Notes under the pieces: generated by a model
What the model saw: only the letters and a program-made list of their open reading frames with translations
Database searches by the model: none
Told to the model about the DNA's origin: nothing
Source of the DNA: Octopus sinensis
Taxonomy: Eukaryota
Assembly: GCF_006345805.1 (NCBI RefSeq)
Contig: NC_042998.1
Coordinates: 197,718,001-197,782,000, forward strand
DNA: 64,000 nt
Reading direction: 5' to 3'
Position numbers and translations under genes: made by a program
Shown: positions 52,200-64,000 of the stretch, piece by piece
How positions within the stretch are numbered: position 1 is the first letter of the stretch
How the letters are laid out: every line of letters begins with the position of its first letter

Positions 52200-52720
52200 C
52201 ATCTTAACCTTCCTCTGATACTGTCACAGTTTTTATGTGTCCCTAGCTCACTCTGGGTTCACCTTACGGAGTTTCTACCTACACATTTTCTGCATATCAA
52301 GGAGAGCTATCTCCCTGAAGGGATTTGTGATTTGTCTGTTTTCCTTCTTACTAGAATTTTGTTCTTTGCTAAATTAACTCTAAGGCCCTTTGATTGCAGA
52401 CTTTGCTGTCACACCTGAAATTTCTTCGCTAGTTCTGGTTGTGATTCAGCTACAAGAACAAGGTCATCAGCATAGAGAAGCTCCTAAGAGCATCCTGTCA
52501 AATTCTTCTGTTACAGCCTGGAGGTCTATGATGAACAAGAGTGGGCTAAGAATTGATCCTTGGTGAATTCCTACCTGTATACTGAATCCATTGCTATACT
52601 TGTTGCCAGATTTCGCCTTACTGACAGCATCCCTGTACATGGCTTGTACAGCTCTTGCCAACCACTCATCCATCCCTAGCTTCTGCACTGACCACCAGAT
52701 GAGGGAGCTCAAGCTCATAA
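52200..52720 (-). mobile_element. RTE-clade LINE RT fragment (related C-terminal Cys-rich piece at 54170-54450 +)
   Basis: LIWWSVQKLGMDEWLARAVQAMY...GIHQGSILSPLLFII...LLYADDLVL. IPSGRWLCSICRKGVGRNSIRC in the sister piece. Confidence 0.8.
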
Positions 52721-53486
52721 TAGTGATGTGTATGTGTGAGTGAAGGCGTGTACGTCAATGTGAAACTGTGTGCACAATAAGATATGTATACGTGTACATG
52801 TAACTGTGGATGAGAAATATGTGTAACGGTGTGAGAGCTGTGTACCACTACCACCCCACACAACATTGTCTACGTCCACTGATTATACCATATCACACCC
52901 CCATCTGTCCACACCCTCACTGACTATACTGCACTACACTATTGCCTTAATGTCTATTACACCTACTACACTATCCTATGCTACACCATCAGCTGTCCAG
53001 TATCCTACAACCAGCCCACCAGCTCACATATACATCATTGTCATTCATGACCACTGTCTCAATGATTAGGCTATGCTTCAACCTATTTCTTTACTGCCCA
53101 CAAGGGGCTACACACAGAGGGGACAAACAAGGACAGACATAGGTATTAAGTCGATTGCATCGACCCCAGTGCGTAACTGGTATTTAATTTATCGACCCTG
53201 AAAGGATGAAAGGCAAAGTTGACCTCGGCGGAATTTGAACTCACAACGTAATGGCAGACAAAATACCGCTAAGCATTTCGCCCGACGTGCTAATGTTTCT
53301 GCCAGCTCGCCTTCAACCATTTCTCATAACCCCACGCTCGTGTAATACAGAGTCCTATTGCTTAATTGCTTCAGATTGACGACTGAATATGTCAGATAAC
53401 ACAAAAGGACTACTTAGTTGTACTACGAGAAGAAAGCAAGCATATCTATGTAGAGAGTTCCAATAGACTTGAGATCATCTACTTAC

Positions 53487-53528
53487 CTGGCCTCCCAGTT
53501 CTCGGTTGTAAAACCTGCGCTCAATAAC
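53487..53528 (-). CDS. RABL3: RABL3 exon, VIERRFYNRELGGQ
   Basis: Matches RABL3 VIEKRYFLREGNQ. TTGCAG| acceptor and CAG|GTAAGT donor. Confidence 0.9.
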
Positions 53529-54560
53529 CTGCAACGAAACAGAAATAACATTAAATTAAGACAAGCTGGCTCCCTTAAACATGAGCAAATTCATAAACCA
53601 CATCAAAGTGTCTGTTGACTAAGTGATTTCATTAAATGTCTGTAATAAAAAAAAACACCAAAAAACCCACATAGCTGATAAGGAATAGAAGTAGTTGAAG
53701 CACATTTTGAAATCATACTGTTTCTCATGGACAGTGGATATAGAATGTATATAGAGGCCGTGGAGGAATGAAGTGACTGTGGATGTGTAATATTAAACTA
53801 TATGAGAGACAGATCATAAATGGGCCGGGTGAGTGGCTAGTCAGTGAAGAGATCAACTAATGTATAGTGTAGAGATGACTGTGCTGGTATGGAAATGTGA
53901 ACAGAGGATAAGTGTTGGGTGAGGATGTATTATGGACTCTCAGAAGAGGATGCCTAGGAAAAAGAGGAAGTTTAAGAAAGATATATGGAAGATGGAAGGG
54001 CATCCAGTTGTAGAAACCATACCAAATCATACTAAGTATGGAGCAATCACAAAGTCCTGGTCACTTGTGTGGCTGTGTTCTCTTTTGTTGTTTCGGCTGT
54101 TTTTCAAAAATGATAGATAAATAACATACAAGCCCTTGTTTTAACCAGTTTTATAAATAGGATGAACCAGCTATCAATAACAACAACAGCAACATGACAT
54201 GCATAACAATATTAACAAGAGGATCCCTTCAGGTAGATGGCTCTGCTCGATCTGTAGAAAAGGGGTAGGTAGAAACTCCATAAGATGCAGCTGGTGTAAG
54301 CTATGGACATATAAGAGGTGCAGCAATATCAGGGGAAGGTTAACAGGGAAAATAACTTTTGTGTGTGGAAGATGCACAGGTACAATAAACACCAAAAATG
54401 CACAGAAAAGACTCCATCAACTGTGAGGGGGAAGCCAGAGGTAGTAGATGGCTTCAATAGATGAGACTAACTTCCAGTAGTTAACCATACCTCACCTGCA
54501 TCTATGAGGGTTTATACAGGTTATTAGCATTACCTTCTCTCTCTCAGACTAACTAATTAA

Positions 54561-54782
54561 CTCTTTCGTTACCAACCCGGCCAAAACCGGCCTTGGCTCT
54601 GTAGTACGAATGTCTTGTTTTCATAAGTTTTGATTTAAAATCTTTCACCAAACCTTAGTCACAATTTATGTTCCTAACACTAGCTCAATGATAACTTAGC
54701 TATTTTACTAAATTCTTTGTTATATTTAAAATTAATTGGATGAAACACAGAACATCTCAAAATAAATAGAGTAATGAAAGGG
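54561..54782. mobile_element. piggyBac-type MITE (partial sister copy at ~45835-46007)
   Basis: TTAA|CTCTTTCGTTAC...GTAATGAAAGGG|TTAA. Confidence 0.75.
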
Positions 54783-54822
54783 TTAAAACAATAAAGTGGA
54801 AAATGCCTTTTTACAGTTTTAA

Positions 54823-55042
54823 CCCTTTAGCGTTCAGATTAATTTGTCAACAGTAACCCTTATTTATTCACATTTAAAAAAATTTATCTGATATTACTTT
54901 GTACCTTCAAAATAGGAAAGATGCAATTGCTTATTTTTAGAATGACATTGCAGGGTAGGTGTGAGATGCATGTTCTGGCCAGTTTGAGCATAAAATGTGT
55001 AGAATATTTGGGCCGGATACAGCCGGTTTAAACACTAAAGGG
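54823..55042. mobile_element. piggyBac-type MITE, second family (related pieces at ~42437-42855)
   Basis: TTAA|CCCTTTAGCGTT...AACACTAAAGGG|TTAA. Confidence 0.75.
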
Positions 55043-55400
55043 TTAAACCCTCCCACTCGCATTAACATAGACAGTTGTACCCTGTTACAAAGTTTGTGCT
55101 TATAATTGGATACCAGTTGCGAACATTAACCACTCAGCTGTAAATTAGGAGATGTACCTGATATTAGTGGGGCAGACTGAGGCAAGCAGTATTACACAGT
55201 AAGATGACCTGAATGGCCTTAGTAGCATTTAAACGTCTTAGGTTGACCTTTTGGTGGTCAGACATCCTCTTTTCTGAATATCACCCATTGAACTGTGGTA
55301 TGAAACTTAATGAGAGGAGTAACTGAGGAATGTAGAGTGATGTTGCTGAGATGCCTGGTCAAAATACAAGTAGGAAGAGGGGTTAAGTGTATAATAATAC

Positions 55401-55472
55401 CTTATCAAAAAATTTGGCCACCTTTACTGCATTGGTAGATCCAGGAGCCAGGAATTTCTTTTGTTTACAATC
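55401..55472 (-). CDS. RABL3: RABL3 exon, DCKQKKFLAPGSTNAVKVAKFFDK
   Basis: Matches RABL3 [30 protein letters not shown]| acceptor and AAG|GTATT donor, 72 nt, phase 0. Confidence 0.92.
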
Positions 55473-56694
55473 CTGCAATAGAAACATGGATTTGCTCATT
55501 AGTGTGAGCTAACGAATACATTTAGTGCCTGGGATAATAAGTTGATTTAAGTCAACTGACCAATATACTTAACCTCTAGCATTTTCATCTTGAATAGTTG
55601 TTCTCCACAACCACAACACATCAATTTTCCTTTAATCCTTAGGTTTCATTCAATCCTAGCTTTGAATCGTAGTATTCAGAGCAATTTAGGTAATACTGAC
55701 TATATCTTTGCCAAAAAATTGTGTTCTGAAAGTTCTAAGATGAACTATTCATAAGGACAGTGTTTTGGGTAAGTTTAGGAGAGCAATTTGCATTCTGTTT
55801 GGAATATGGTTCCATATTGGAAATGCTGCTCTATTTTCTCTTTTTCAGGCAGAGGATAGCAACTTTTAGCACTTGTGTCAACTTTGTCCATCCCCCAAAC
55901 TGTCCAATTCCATTATCCTCTCCAAGTCCAAGTTCCTAGCCATAAACTATCTTGGAGTAACAATCCAAGATACAAAAAAAAAATCACATTTGAGAAAATG
56001 TTCACTTTTTCACCAGACTGTAGTAAATGAATGAAGACCTCATGTTCAAGAGAAGCCATATTCGTAAATTACTGGCTGGCAGAGAAATCTGACTTGAAAA
56101 TTATAGGTTGACAATACTTGGGACAAGATAAATTCACAATTAAAGCAACCAACAAAGTAAGTGATAAGCCAATATTTGATTAAGCATGTCAAGCATAGAG
56201 TTCATTAGCATCAAACACAACATAAAGTAAAAGGCATAAAGTACAAATTACAGCTCTTTAGTGGTCACAAAATGGTAACAGAAGACCAGTAGCATCATGT
56301 ACACCAAAATGCAAAACATACAACACTTAAGCCTTCTGACTTCACTATATTTAGTGTAATACAGCAAGAGAAGTCACCCATAACTAACTTAAAACTGCAA
56401 ACAAAATAAAGAAGCTAACTTTATACATGAAAGTCAATAAAAAATTCATGCAATTTAGAAATTTGTCAACAACGAAAATTCATAAGTTGGCAATGCAAAA
56501 ACTTGATGTTATTCAAAGCTCACATGATAAATACAACTAGGAGGCAAGCCATCATCAAACTTAGCTCTCTGTATTCACTACCATACAACACTTCTGAAAC
56601 AGTCATTCCTGTCTCTACAGGTCCTCTACCAACATCATACAACTAACACATACACCATATAGTCCTGCCAGCCACTACTACTCTATAACATCAC

Positions 56695-57215
56695 GTTCAT
56701 CATCATCATCATTGTTTAACATCCGCTTTCCATGCTAGCATGAGTTGGACGAATGACTGAGGACTGGCGAATCAGATGGCTGCACGAGGCTCCAATCTTG
56801 ATCTGGCAGAGTTTCTACAGCTGGATGCCCTTCCTAATGCTAACCACTCCAAGAGTGTAGTGGGTGCTTTTTATGTGCCACTGGCAATGACCTCGCTCAA
56901 ATTTTTTACACATGCCACCGGCACAGGTGCCTGTAAGGCAACGTTAGTAATGATCCCGCTCGAATGGTGCCCTTTTATGTGCCACCGGCATGGAAGCCAG
57001 TTGGCTGCTCTGGCACCAATCACGCTTGGATGGTGCTCTTGGCACCCTACTAGCACGGGCACAAGTGCCAGTAAGGCGACGCTGGTAATGATCACACTTT
57101 AATGGTGCCCTTCTATGTGCCACTGGCATGGAAACCGGTTAGCTGCTCTGTCAACGATCACACTCATATAGTGCTCTTTGCATCCCGCTAGCACGGATGC
57201 CAGTCATCGAATTAC
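56695..57215 (-). mobile_element. (TGA)n-tailed RTE-type SINE with internal tandem units; about 18 copies, all between 37.3 and 64 kb
   Basis: Shared GGTTGGCGTTAGGAAGGGCATCCAGCTGTAGAAAC...CCCATGCTAGCATGGAAAGCGGACGTTAAACGATGATGATG. Copies near 37310, 41935, 43130, 43800, 44345, 44715, 45625, 46990, 47440, 48095, 49810, 52030, 56695, 57360, 58545, 58905, 62870, 63890. Confidence 0.8.
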
Positions 57216-58038
57216 ATATTCCATAGTCTCTTCAAGTACACTGTATACTCTTTCTTGTTTGCCTTCATCATACCACTGACACATACATTACACCAACAGT
57301 ATCACAATCCACTGAAATGCTCCTTTATTTATAACCCTATTTTTCTTTGTCTTACTGGCACTCGAGCCCCGTGCTAGTAGGGTATTAAGAGCACCATCCG
57401 AGTGTGATCGTTGCCAGAGCGGCTATCTGGCCTCCATGCCGGTGGCATAAGACACCATTTGAGCATGATCGTTACCAGCATTGCCTTACTGGCACCTGTG
57501 CTGGTGGCATATGTAAAAGATTCGAGCGAGGTCGTTGCCAGTACCGCCTGACTGGCACCCGTGCCGGTGGCATGTAAACGCACCCACTACATTCTTGGAG
57601 TGGTTGGCGTTAGGAAGGGCATCAAGCTGTAGAAACTCTGCCAGATCAAGATTGGAGCCTGGTGCAGCCATCTGGCTCACCAGCCCTGTCAAATCGTCCA
57701 ACCCATGCTAGCATGGAAAGCGGACGTTAAACGATGATGATGATGATGATACAGAGTTGCTGAAGCATGGAATAAACTGCCTGCATCAGTTGTTGACTGC
57801 CATGACACTGCATCCTTTAAGGCCCTCATGCTTTCCGAAATCCGCCGAAACTACACCTGATTATATATACACTTTAGATGAGTTGTAGTGCACCTGAGCA
57901 CTGTACACAATTATTATTATTATTATTATTATTATTATAATGATCTGTGTTATACCTATCAAACATATTAATCACCAAACAGATACAATCCATCAGTCAC
58001 TAACCGTGAGAAATAAATCCCAGATAATATTGACTTAC

Positions 58039-58189
58039 TAAGTTTATTTCACCTGCACCGCATTCCTCAGCAACTGTTGAGCGTTTGGAGAGAAAATTGT
58101 CTCGCAGACTTTGTGCTAGATCAACTTTGGTTCCTACTACCATTATTGGTATCTGGTTACCAGCAAATTGTTCAGGATCAAAATCACAT
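58039..58189 (-). CDS. RABL3: RABL3 exon, CDFDPEQFAGNQIPIMVVGTKVDLAQSLRDNFLSKRSTVAEECGAGEINL
   Basis: Matches RABL3 [22 protein letters not shown]...EEINL, including the G4-like TKxD. TTTCTAG| acceptor and |GTAAGT donor. Confidence 0.95.
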
Positions 58190-59390
58190 CTAGAAAAGAA
58201 AACAATCATTACTTGACTAAAAGCAAATAGATCTGATAAAGATATAAAGATGATAGGAGGGCAGAAGATTTTGGACAATTATACAATATTTAATCAATAA
58301 AATATCAATTTCTAAGATAGGTACAATCCTGCAAATCCTAATGGGAAAGAATGGTTGATTAGATCAATCTCAGTTCTTGACCAGTAATTGTTTTTAATCA
58401 TCAATCAAGGAATAAGATGGTTGACCAACTAAATTCTTATTTCTGAAATTAATATATAATTAATACCTGGACACATGTACTTATGAAACAAAGTCACAAG
58501 GTTGGCCTTATGAATTACAAGTACGAGATATATATATATATGTAGAGAGGCCGTTCGCCAGCCTCGTCTGACACCTGTGTCGGTGGCACATAAAAAACAC
58601 CATCCAAGCGTGGTCGTTCGCCAGCCTCGTCTGACACCTGTGTCGGTGGCACATAAAAAGCACCCACTACACTCACGGAGTGGTTGGCGTTAGGAAGGGC
58701 ATCCAGCTGTAGAAACACTGCCAGATCTGACTGGCCTGGTGCAGCCTTCGGGCTTCCCAGACCCCAGTTGAACCGCATGGAAAGCAGACGTTAAACGATG
58801 ATGATGATGATGATGATGATAGAGAGAGAGAGAGAGAGAAATCAATCAATATAGTGGACTGTAAATTTATTTATCAACAGAAAATATGAAAAGCAAAGGT
58901 GACATCATAATCATCATCATCATTGTTTAACGTCCGCTTTCCATGCTAGCATGGGTTGGACGATTTGATTGAGGTCTGGCGAACCAGATGGCTGCACCAG
59001 GCTTCAGTCTTGATCTGGCAGAGTTTCTACAGTTGGATGCCTTTCCTAATACCAACCACTCCGAGAGTGTAGTGGGTGCATTTTACGTGACACTGGCACA
59101 ACGTAACTCAGATTGTAGAGGGCTGGAATGTACACAAAAGGACATTTTATCTGCAACTTTTGCTATAATACATCAATAATATTAAGTGAGACTTGTGATT
59201 TTGACAGACTAAATCATACATATGATTGATTGATTCTAGTTTCAGCTTATGAGCTGTGCCCATGCTGGGGCACCGCCATATACATAATGTTGATGATGAT
59301 GATGATGATGATGACCCCAAAAAAGTGACCTTAGTAATGAGAGTGAATGGCTGAAGCAGAAACAGAATGGATTTGGAAATCCCTGCTTAC

Positions 59391-59505
59391 TCATTGTATT
59401 CTCTGCTGTTTCCTTTACTGGTTCCTTTGTTTAAAACTTCTGTCAACCATTTCCTTAAGTTCTGGTGAGATTTCCGATTTGTCAAGTCGTGAACAAGAAT
59501 AATTC
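59391..59505 (-). CDS. RABL3: RABL3 exon, (G)IILVHDLTNRKSHQNLRKWLTEVLNKGTSKGNSREYN(E)
   Basis: Matches RABL3 GIIFVHDLTNKKSSQNLRRW. TTTCCAG| acceptor and GA|GTAAGC donor, phases 1 to 2. Confidence 0.95.
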
Positions 59506-59590
59506 CTGGAAAGAATGGAAAAAAGGACTGACAACTCAATTTATGAAACAAAAGGATGAGTTCATCCTCTCTCCCCTTTTTCTCTCCCTG

Positions 59591-59624
<34 letters not shown>

Positions 59625-60183
59625 CACTGATTATGTTTTAGTTTCATATTACTCTTTTACTTGTTTCAGTCATTTGAATGCGGCCATGCTGGAGCACCGC
59701 CTTTAGTCGAGCAAATCGACCCCGGGACTTATTCTTTGTAAGCCCAGTACTTATTCTATTGGTCTCTTTTTGCCGAACTGCTAAGTGACAGGGGACATAA
59801 ACACACCAGCATTGGTTGTCAAGCGATGTTGGGGGACAAACACAGACACACAAACATACATATATATATATGTACATAATACATATATACGATGGGCTTC
59901 TTTTAGTTTCCGTCTACCAAATCCACTCACAAGGCATTGGTCGGCCCGGGGCTATAGCAGAAGACACTTGCCCAAGATGCCATGCAGTGGGACTGAACCC
60001 GGAACCATGCAGTTGGTAAGCAAGCTACTTACCACGCAGCCACTCCTTCGACAAAGTTTTACAAATCAATGGAGCAGTGTGTAAGTGAACACTGTACTGT
60101 CTGTTCATATCAAACCTCATTGTATTAGAAAAAGGAGAAAAGGACAACCGAAAGAGAGACCAACACTAATTTATAAAGAAGTA

Positions 60184-60662
60184 CCGTAAATCCTCGAGTA
60201 TAATCTGCATTTTTTTCCCAAAATTTATAGGTCAAAATCCCTAGTGCATACTATATACGAAGTTAAAAATGAAAATTATTTTCTAAGCAATGTTCGAGTC
60301 TTTATTTGCTGTCCGGCAATGTTTATTCAAACGCATTTTGTGATGTCGGGCGCGAAAATACCTTAAGCTAAGCCTGAAAGCAATGAAGTCATAAAAGAAT
60401 CATCCATAACTTGCAGTAAACAACATTTATTAAACGTTATTACTGTTATTTCTTTATTTTCTGCAAACAAAATGCACAAAAAAGCTACACGTTTGCATTA
60501 TGTTATATATACAATAATAATAAAGGACGTTACTGTATACATTTAAAAAAACCCAGGACGTTATATAGACCTCCTTGACTCAAGTTAGAGAAGGGGTGCG
60601 TAGCCCCCTAAAAATCCTTTGCGTATTATACTCAAGGGCGGACTATACTTGAGGATTTACGG
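60184..60662. mobile_element. Tc2/pogo-type MITE
   Basis: TIRs CCGTAAATCCTCGAGTATA / TATACTTGAGGATTTACGG, flanked by TA on both sides. Confidence 0.85.
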
Positions 60663-62465
60663 TAATATATAATGTATCTAAGGGAAATAAGTCAGATAAG
60701 GCAAATGGTATGGATTGAGATGAGTCAAACATGGATGGGGATGCTGAATGATGTGTACAGTATAAAGTTTTGAATGAGATGAAATTTTCAAGAACTAGCA
60801 TTTAATTTACTCAAGTAAAATATGACCTTGAATATATTGTGATACCCATTTTTCCTTCTATTTACTCTTTTACTTGTTTCAGTCATTTGACTGCGGCCAT
60901 GCTGGAGCACCGCCTTTAGTCGACCAAATCGACCCCGGGACTTATTCTTTTGTAAGCCCAGTACTTATTATTCTATCGGTCTCTTTTGCCGAACCGCTAA
61001 GTGACGGGGACGTAAACACACCAGCATTGGTTGTCAAGCAATGCTAGGGGGACAAACACAGACACACAAACATATACACACACATACATACATATATATA
61101 TATATACGACAGGCTTCTTTCAGTTTCTGTCTACCAAATCCACTCACAAGGCATTGGTCGGCCCGAGGCTATAGCAGAAGACACTTGCCCAAGATGCCAC
61201 GCAGTGGGACTGAACCCGGAACCATGTGGTTGGTTAGCAAGCTACTTACCACACAGCCACTCCTGCACCTATTTGCACACATTTTGTAGCTAAATATCAG
61301 CAGTATATTTCATACGCTTATCTATCTTTATTGCAATCAAATATAAGGATCTATAAACATTTTGTGGCCATAAACTGAGGGGTCACCCGTAAACAGAGAT
61401 GGATAACAAAACCGTTCCCTCATTTAGTGTCCACCCATAATTATGACCCTAGTATCGATCTTTTCTATTGCGTTTCAATCTGTTTCTTAAACGAAATTGA
61501 CACCGCCGGAAGTTGTTGTTGAACTTGTTGGCAAACAACAGCAGTAATTGTATTCACCTCAATAGACGTCATTGATTGGTTGAAATTGCCGAAATAGGAG
61601 AAATTAAACAAGAAATAGCTTACAAACTACAGAATTTTCTCAAGAAAGCCAAGAGAAAAAGATGTTTTATGTGACACATTCTACCAGTATAAAACTGTTT
61701 AGTTACAAGAAATTATTTAAAAAATCTGCCGGTCAAAGTTAAAAGATCGAAATATAATATTAACTCATAATTTTGACCTGGAAGTTTTGTTTTAAATTCC
61801 TCGCATTATGAATTATTCAATCATGGTGAGTGAAGGGTGAGGTCAATTTTGTAAAGCGGGGAGTGGATATGAATTATTAGAATAGCAAAATTTCATTGAA
61901 TTAAACTTCATCACACACACATTTAACAAACAGAATATAATTACTACACACACACACACACATACATGTGTGAATAAATTTATATATATATATATATATA
62001 TATACTCTTTTACTCTTTTACTTGTTTCAGTCATATGACTGCAGCCATGCTGGAGCACCACCTTTAGTCGAGCAAATCGACCCCGGGACTTATTCTTTGT
62101 AAGCCCAGTACTTATTCTATCGGTCTTTTTGCCGAACCGCTAAGTGACGGGGACGTAAATACACCAGCATTTACTACACACACACACACACACATATATA
62201 TACATATATACATACGGCGTGCTAACGTTTCTGCCAGCTCGCCGCCTTAGAGCTGAACAAATACAATTATAAGTTAACCAATCACTAAACAACAACACGA
62301 CATCAACTACACCATTACCCATATAAGGCATGCCACTAATTATAATAATGGTTTACACACAAATGAACACATATATAAATATTCATATTCATGCATAAAT
62401 ATTCAGAAAACGCATTCAGCAATATGCTAATATATGTTAAAAAGGTGAGTGAAATTTTGACCTAC

Positions 62466-62583
62466 CATGAATAGGGTTGTAAAAAATGTATCTGCTATTC
62501 TTGTGCTGTGTAGCGCCACCAATGTCCCACAATTCAACAAAGTATGTGCGTTCATCAGCAGTTCCTGCTTTGTATTCATGTAA
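62466..62583 (-). CDS. RABL3: Rab-like protein 3 exon, LHEYKAGTADERTYFVELWDIGGATQHKNSRYIFYNPIH(G)
   Basis: Matches remembered human RABL3 [23 protein letters not shown]...FYNSVNG. CAG| acceptor and G|GTAGGT donor. Confidence 0.93.
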
Positions 62584-64000
62584 CTGTGTGGTTGTTGTCC
62601 CATGTGTGAAGATAGAAAGATAGAAATAGTCAAAGAATTACTAACACAAAGGATGCCATAACATAGAAAACAAGACTTAAATATGGGAAGACGATTCATG
62701 GAAAGCTGGCAGAATCGTTAGCACATCGGACAAAAATGCTTAGTGGTATTTCTTGTCTTTTGACATTCTGGGTTCAAATCATGCTAAGGTTAATTTTTCC
62801 TTTCGTCTCTTAGGGGTTGGTAAAATAAAGTGCCAGTCAAGTACTAGAATCACAGGAATCAACTTGAGTCATCATCATCATCGTTTAGCGTCCGCTTTCC
62901 ATGCTAGCATGGGTTGGATGAATGACTGAGGGCTGGTGAACCAGATGGTTGCACCAGGCTTCAATCTTGATCTGGCAGAGTTTCTACAGCTGGATGCTTT
63001 TCCTAACGCCAACCACTCCGAGAGTGTAGTGGGTGCTTTTACGTGCCACCAGCACGGGGCCAGTCAGGCGGTACTGGCAACGACCTCGCTCGAATCTTTT
63101 ACACATGCCACCGGCACAGGTGCCAGTAAGGCGATGCTGGTAACGATCACGCTCGAATGGTGACTTTTACGTGCCACCGGCATGGAAGCCAGTTAGCCGC
63201 TCTGGCAACAATTACGCTCGGATGGTGCTCTTTGCACCCCGCTAGCACAGACGCCAGTCATCCTTCCTCAAAATTGCTGGCCTTCAACCCTGCAACATAT
63301 TGGCATCCTGTTCAGAGGAATGTTGTGATCTTGGTTACTTGTATGCTAGGGTAATTGGCTTTACAAGTCCTAGGACTCAAGAAAAAGAAATAAAAAAGAA
63401 AATTGGAAGAACCATGTCTGCCATCTGTATTCAGTTTATTACCTCTCTATTTTCTTTTCCATCATTTGCTATCTATCTATCTACTTATTTTGCTAGGTAC
63501 GTAGGGAGACCCACCCACCCGCCCGGCCGTCCGTCCGTCCGTCCGTCCATCCATCCATCCATCCATCCATCCATCTGGCCACCTGTCTGTCCATCCATGA
63601 TGTTATTGCATGTCTTGTGCACTCATACTTTTCATAAGTTCCTTTTATCCAATGTTCATGTTTTCATGCAAGTACAGGTGTGGATGGGGAATTAATCATG
63701 GCTTGTGGCAAAGTCTTATGGTTGGATACTCTTCCTATTGCCAGCCTTTACCTATTTTTTTTAGTAACAGATTCTTTGTTTCAAAAGATCTTTGACAGAA
63801 CAGAGCAGCTGGTTGCAATGTCAACAAGGAAATGTAAACCTCATTTTCAATTCACTCTATGATAAATGTGGAAAATCAATAGTTAAGACACCCGTGCCAG
63901 TAACACGTTAAAAGCACCGTCCAAACGTGGCAGATGCCAGTGCCACCTGACTGGCATCTGTGTCGGTAACACGTAAAAGCACCATCCAATCATGGCCGTT

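Overview
Eukaryotic, very repeat-rich genomic DNA, most likely from an octopus (coleoid cephalopod). This is inferred from the tRNA-derived SINE families and the extreme microsatellite load. Two spliced genes can be assembled by hand, both on the minus strand. (1) A secreted lipocalin (ApoD-like): four phase-compatible coding exons from 17739 down to 1845, with a TATA box; the terminal exon is unresolved. (2) The 3' part of RABL3: six exons, 62583 to the stop at 51865; the 5' exons lie beyond the window. Nearly all long ORFs in the supplied track are microsatellite artefacts. The rest is SINEs (at least four families), LINE fragments (RTE, Tx1/L1, R4/Dong, CR1/L2, Penelope), a solo LTR, Helitrons and DNA transposons (hAT, Tigger, mariner, piggyBac-type MITEs). 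The most striking observations are these. A fold-back repeat family with 11-12 bp target duplications carries a minimal hammerhead ribozyme fold with a compensatory G3-C8 core. A Tx1-like LINE sits twice inside (TATC)n arrays and shares its 3' end with an abundant SINE, which itself forms precise 184-bp multimers. An intact-looking LTR promoter lies antisense in the lipocalin intron. A 47-bp minisatellite of splice-donor-like sites follows the RABL3 stop. CpG decay and SINE content change sharply at about 37-38 kb. All calls were made by eye, without database searches.
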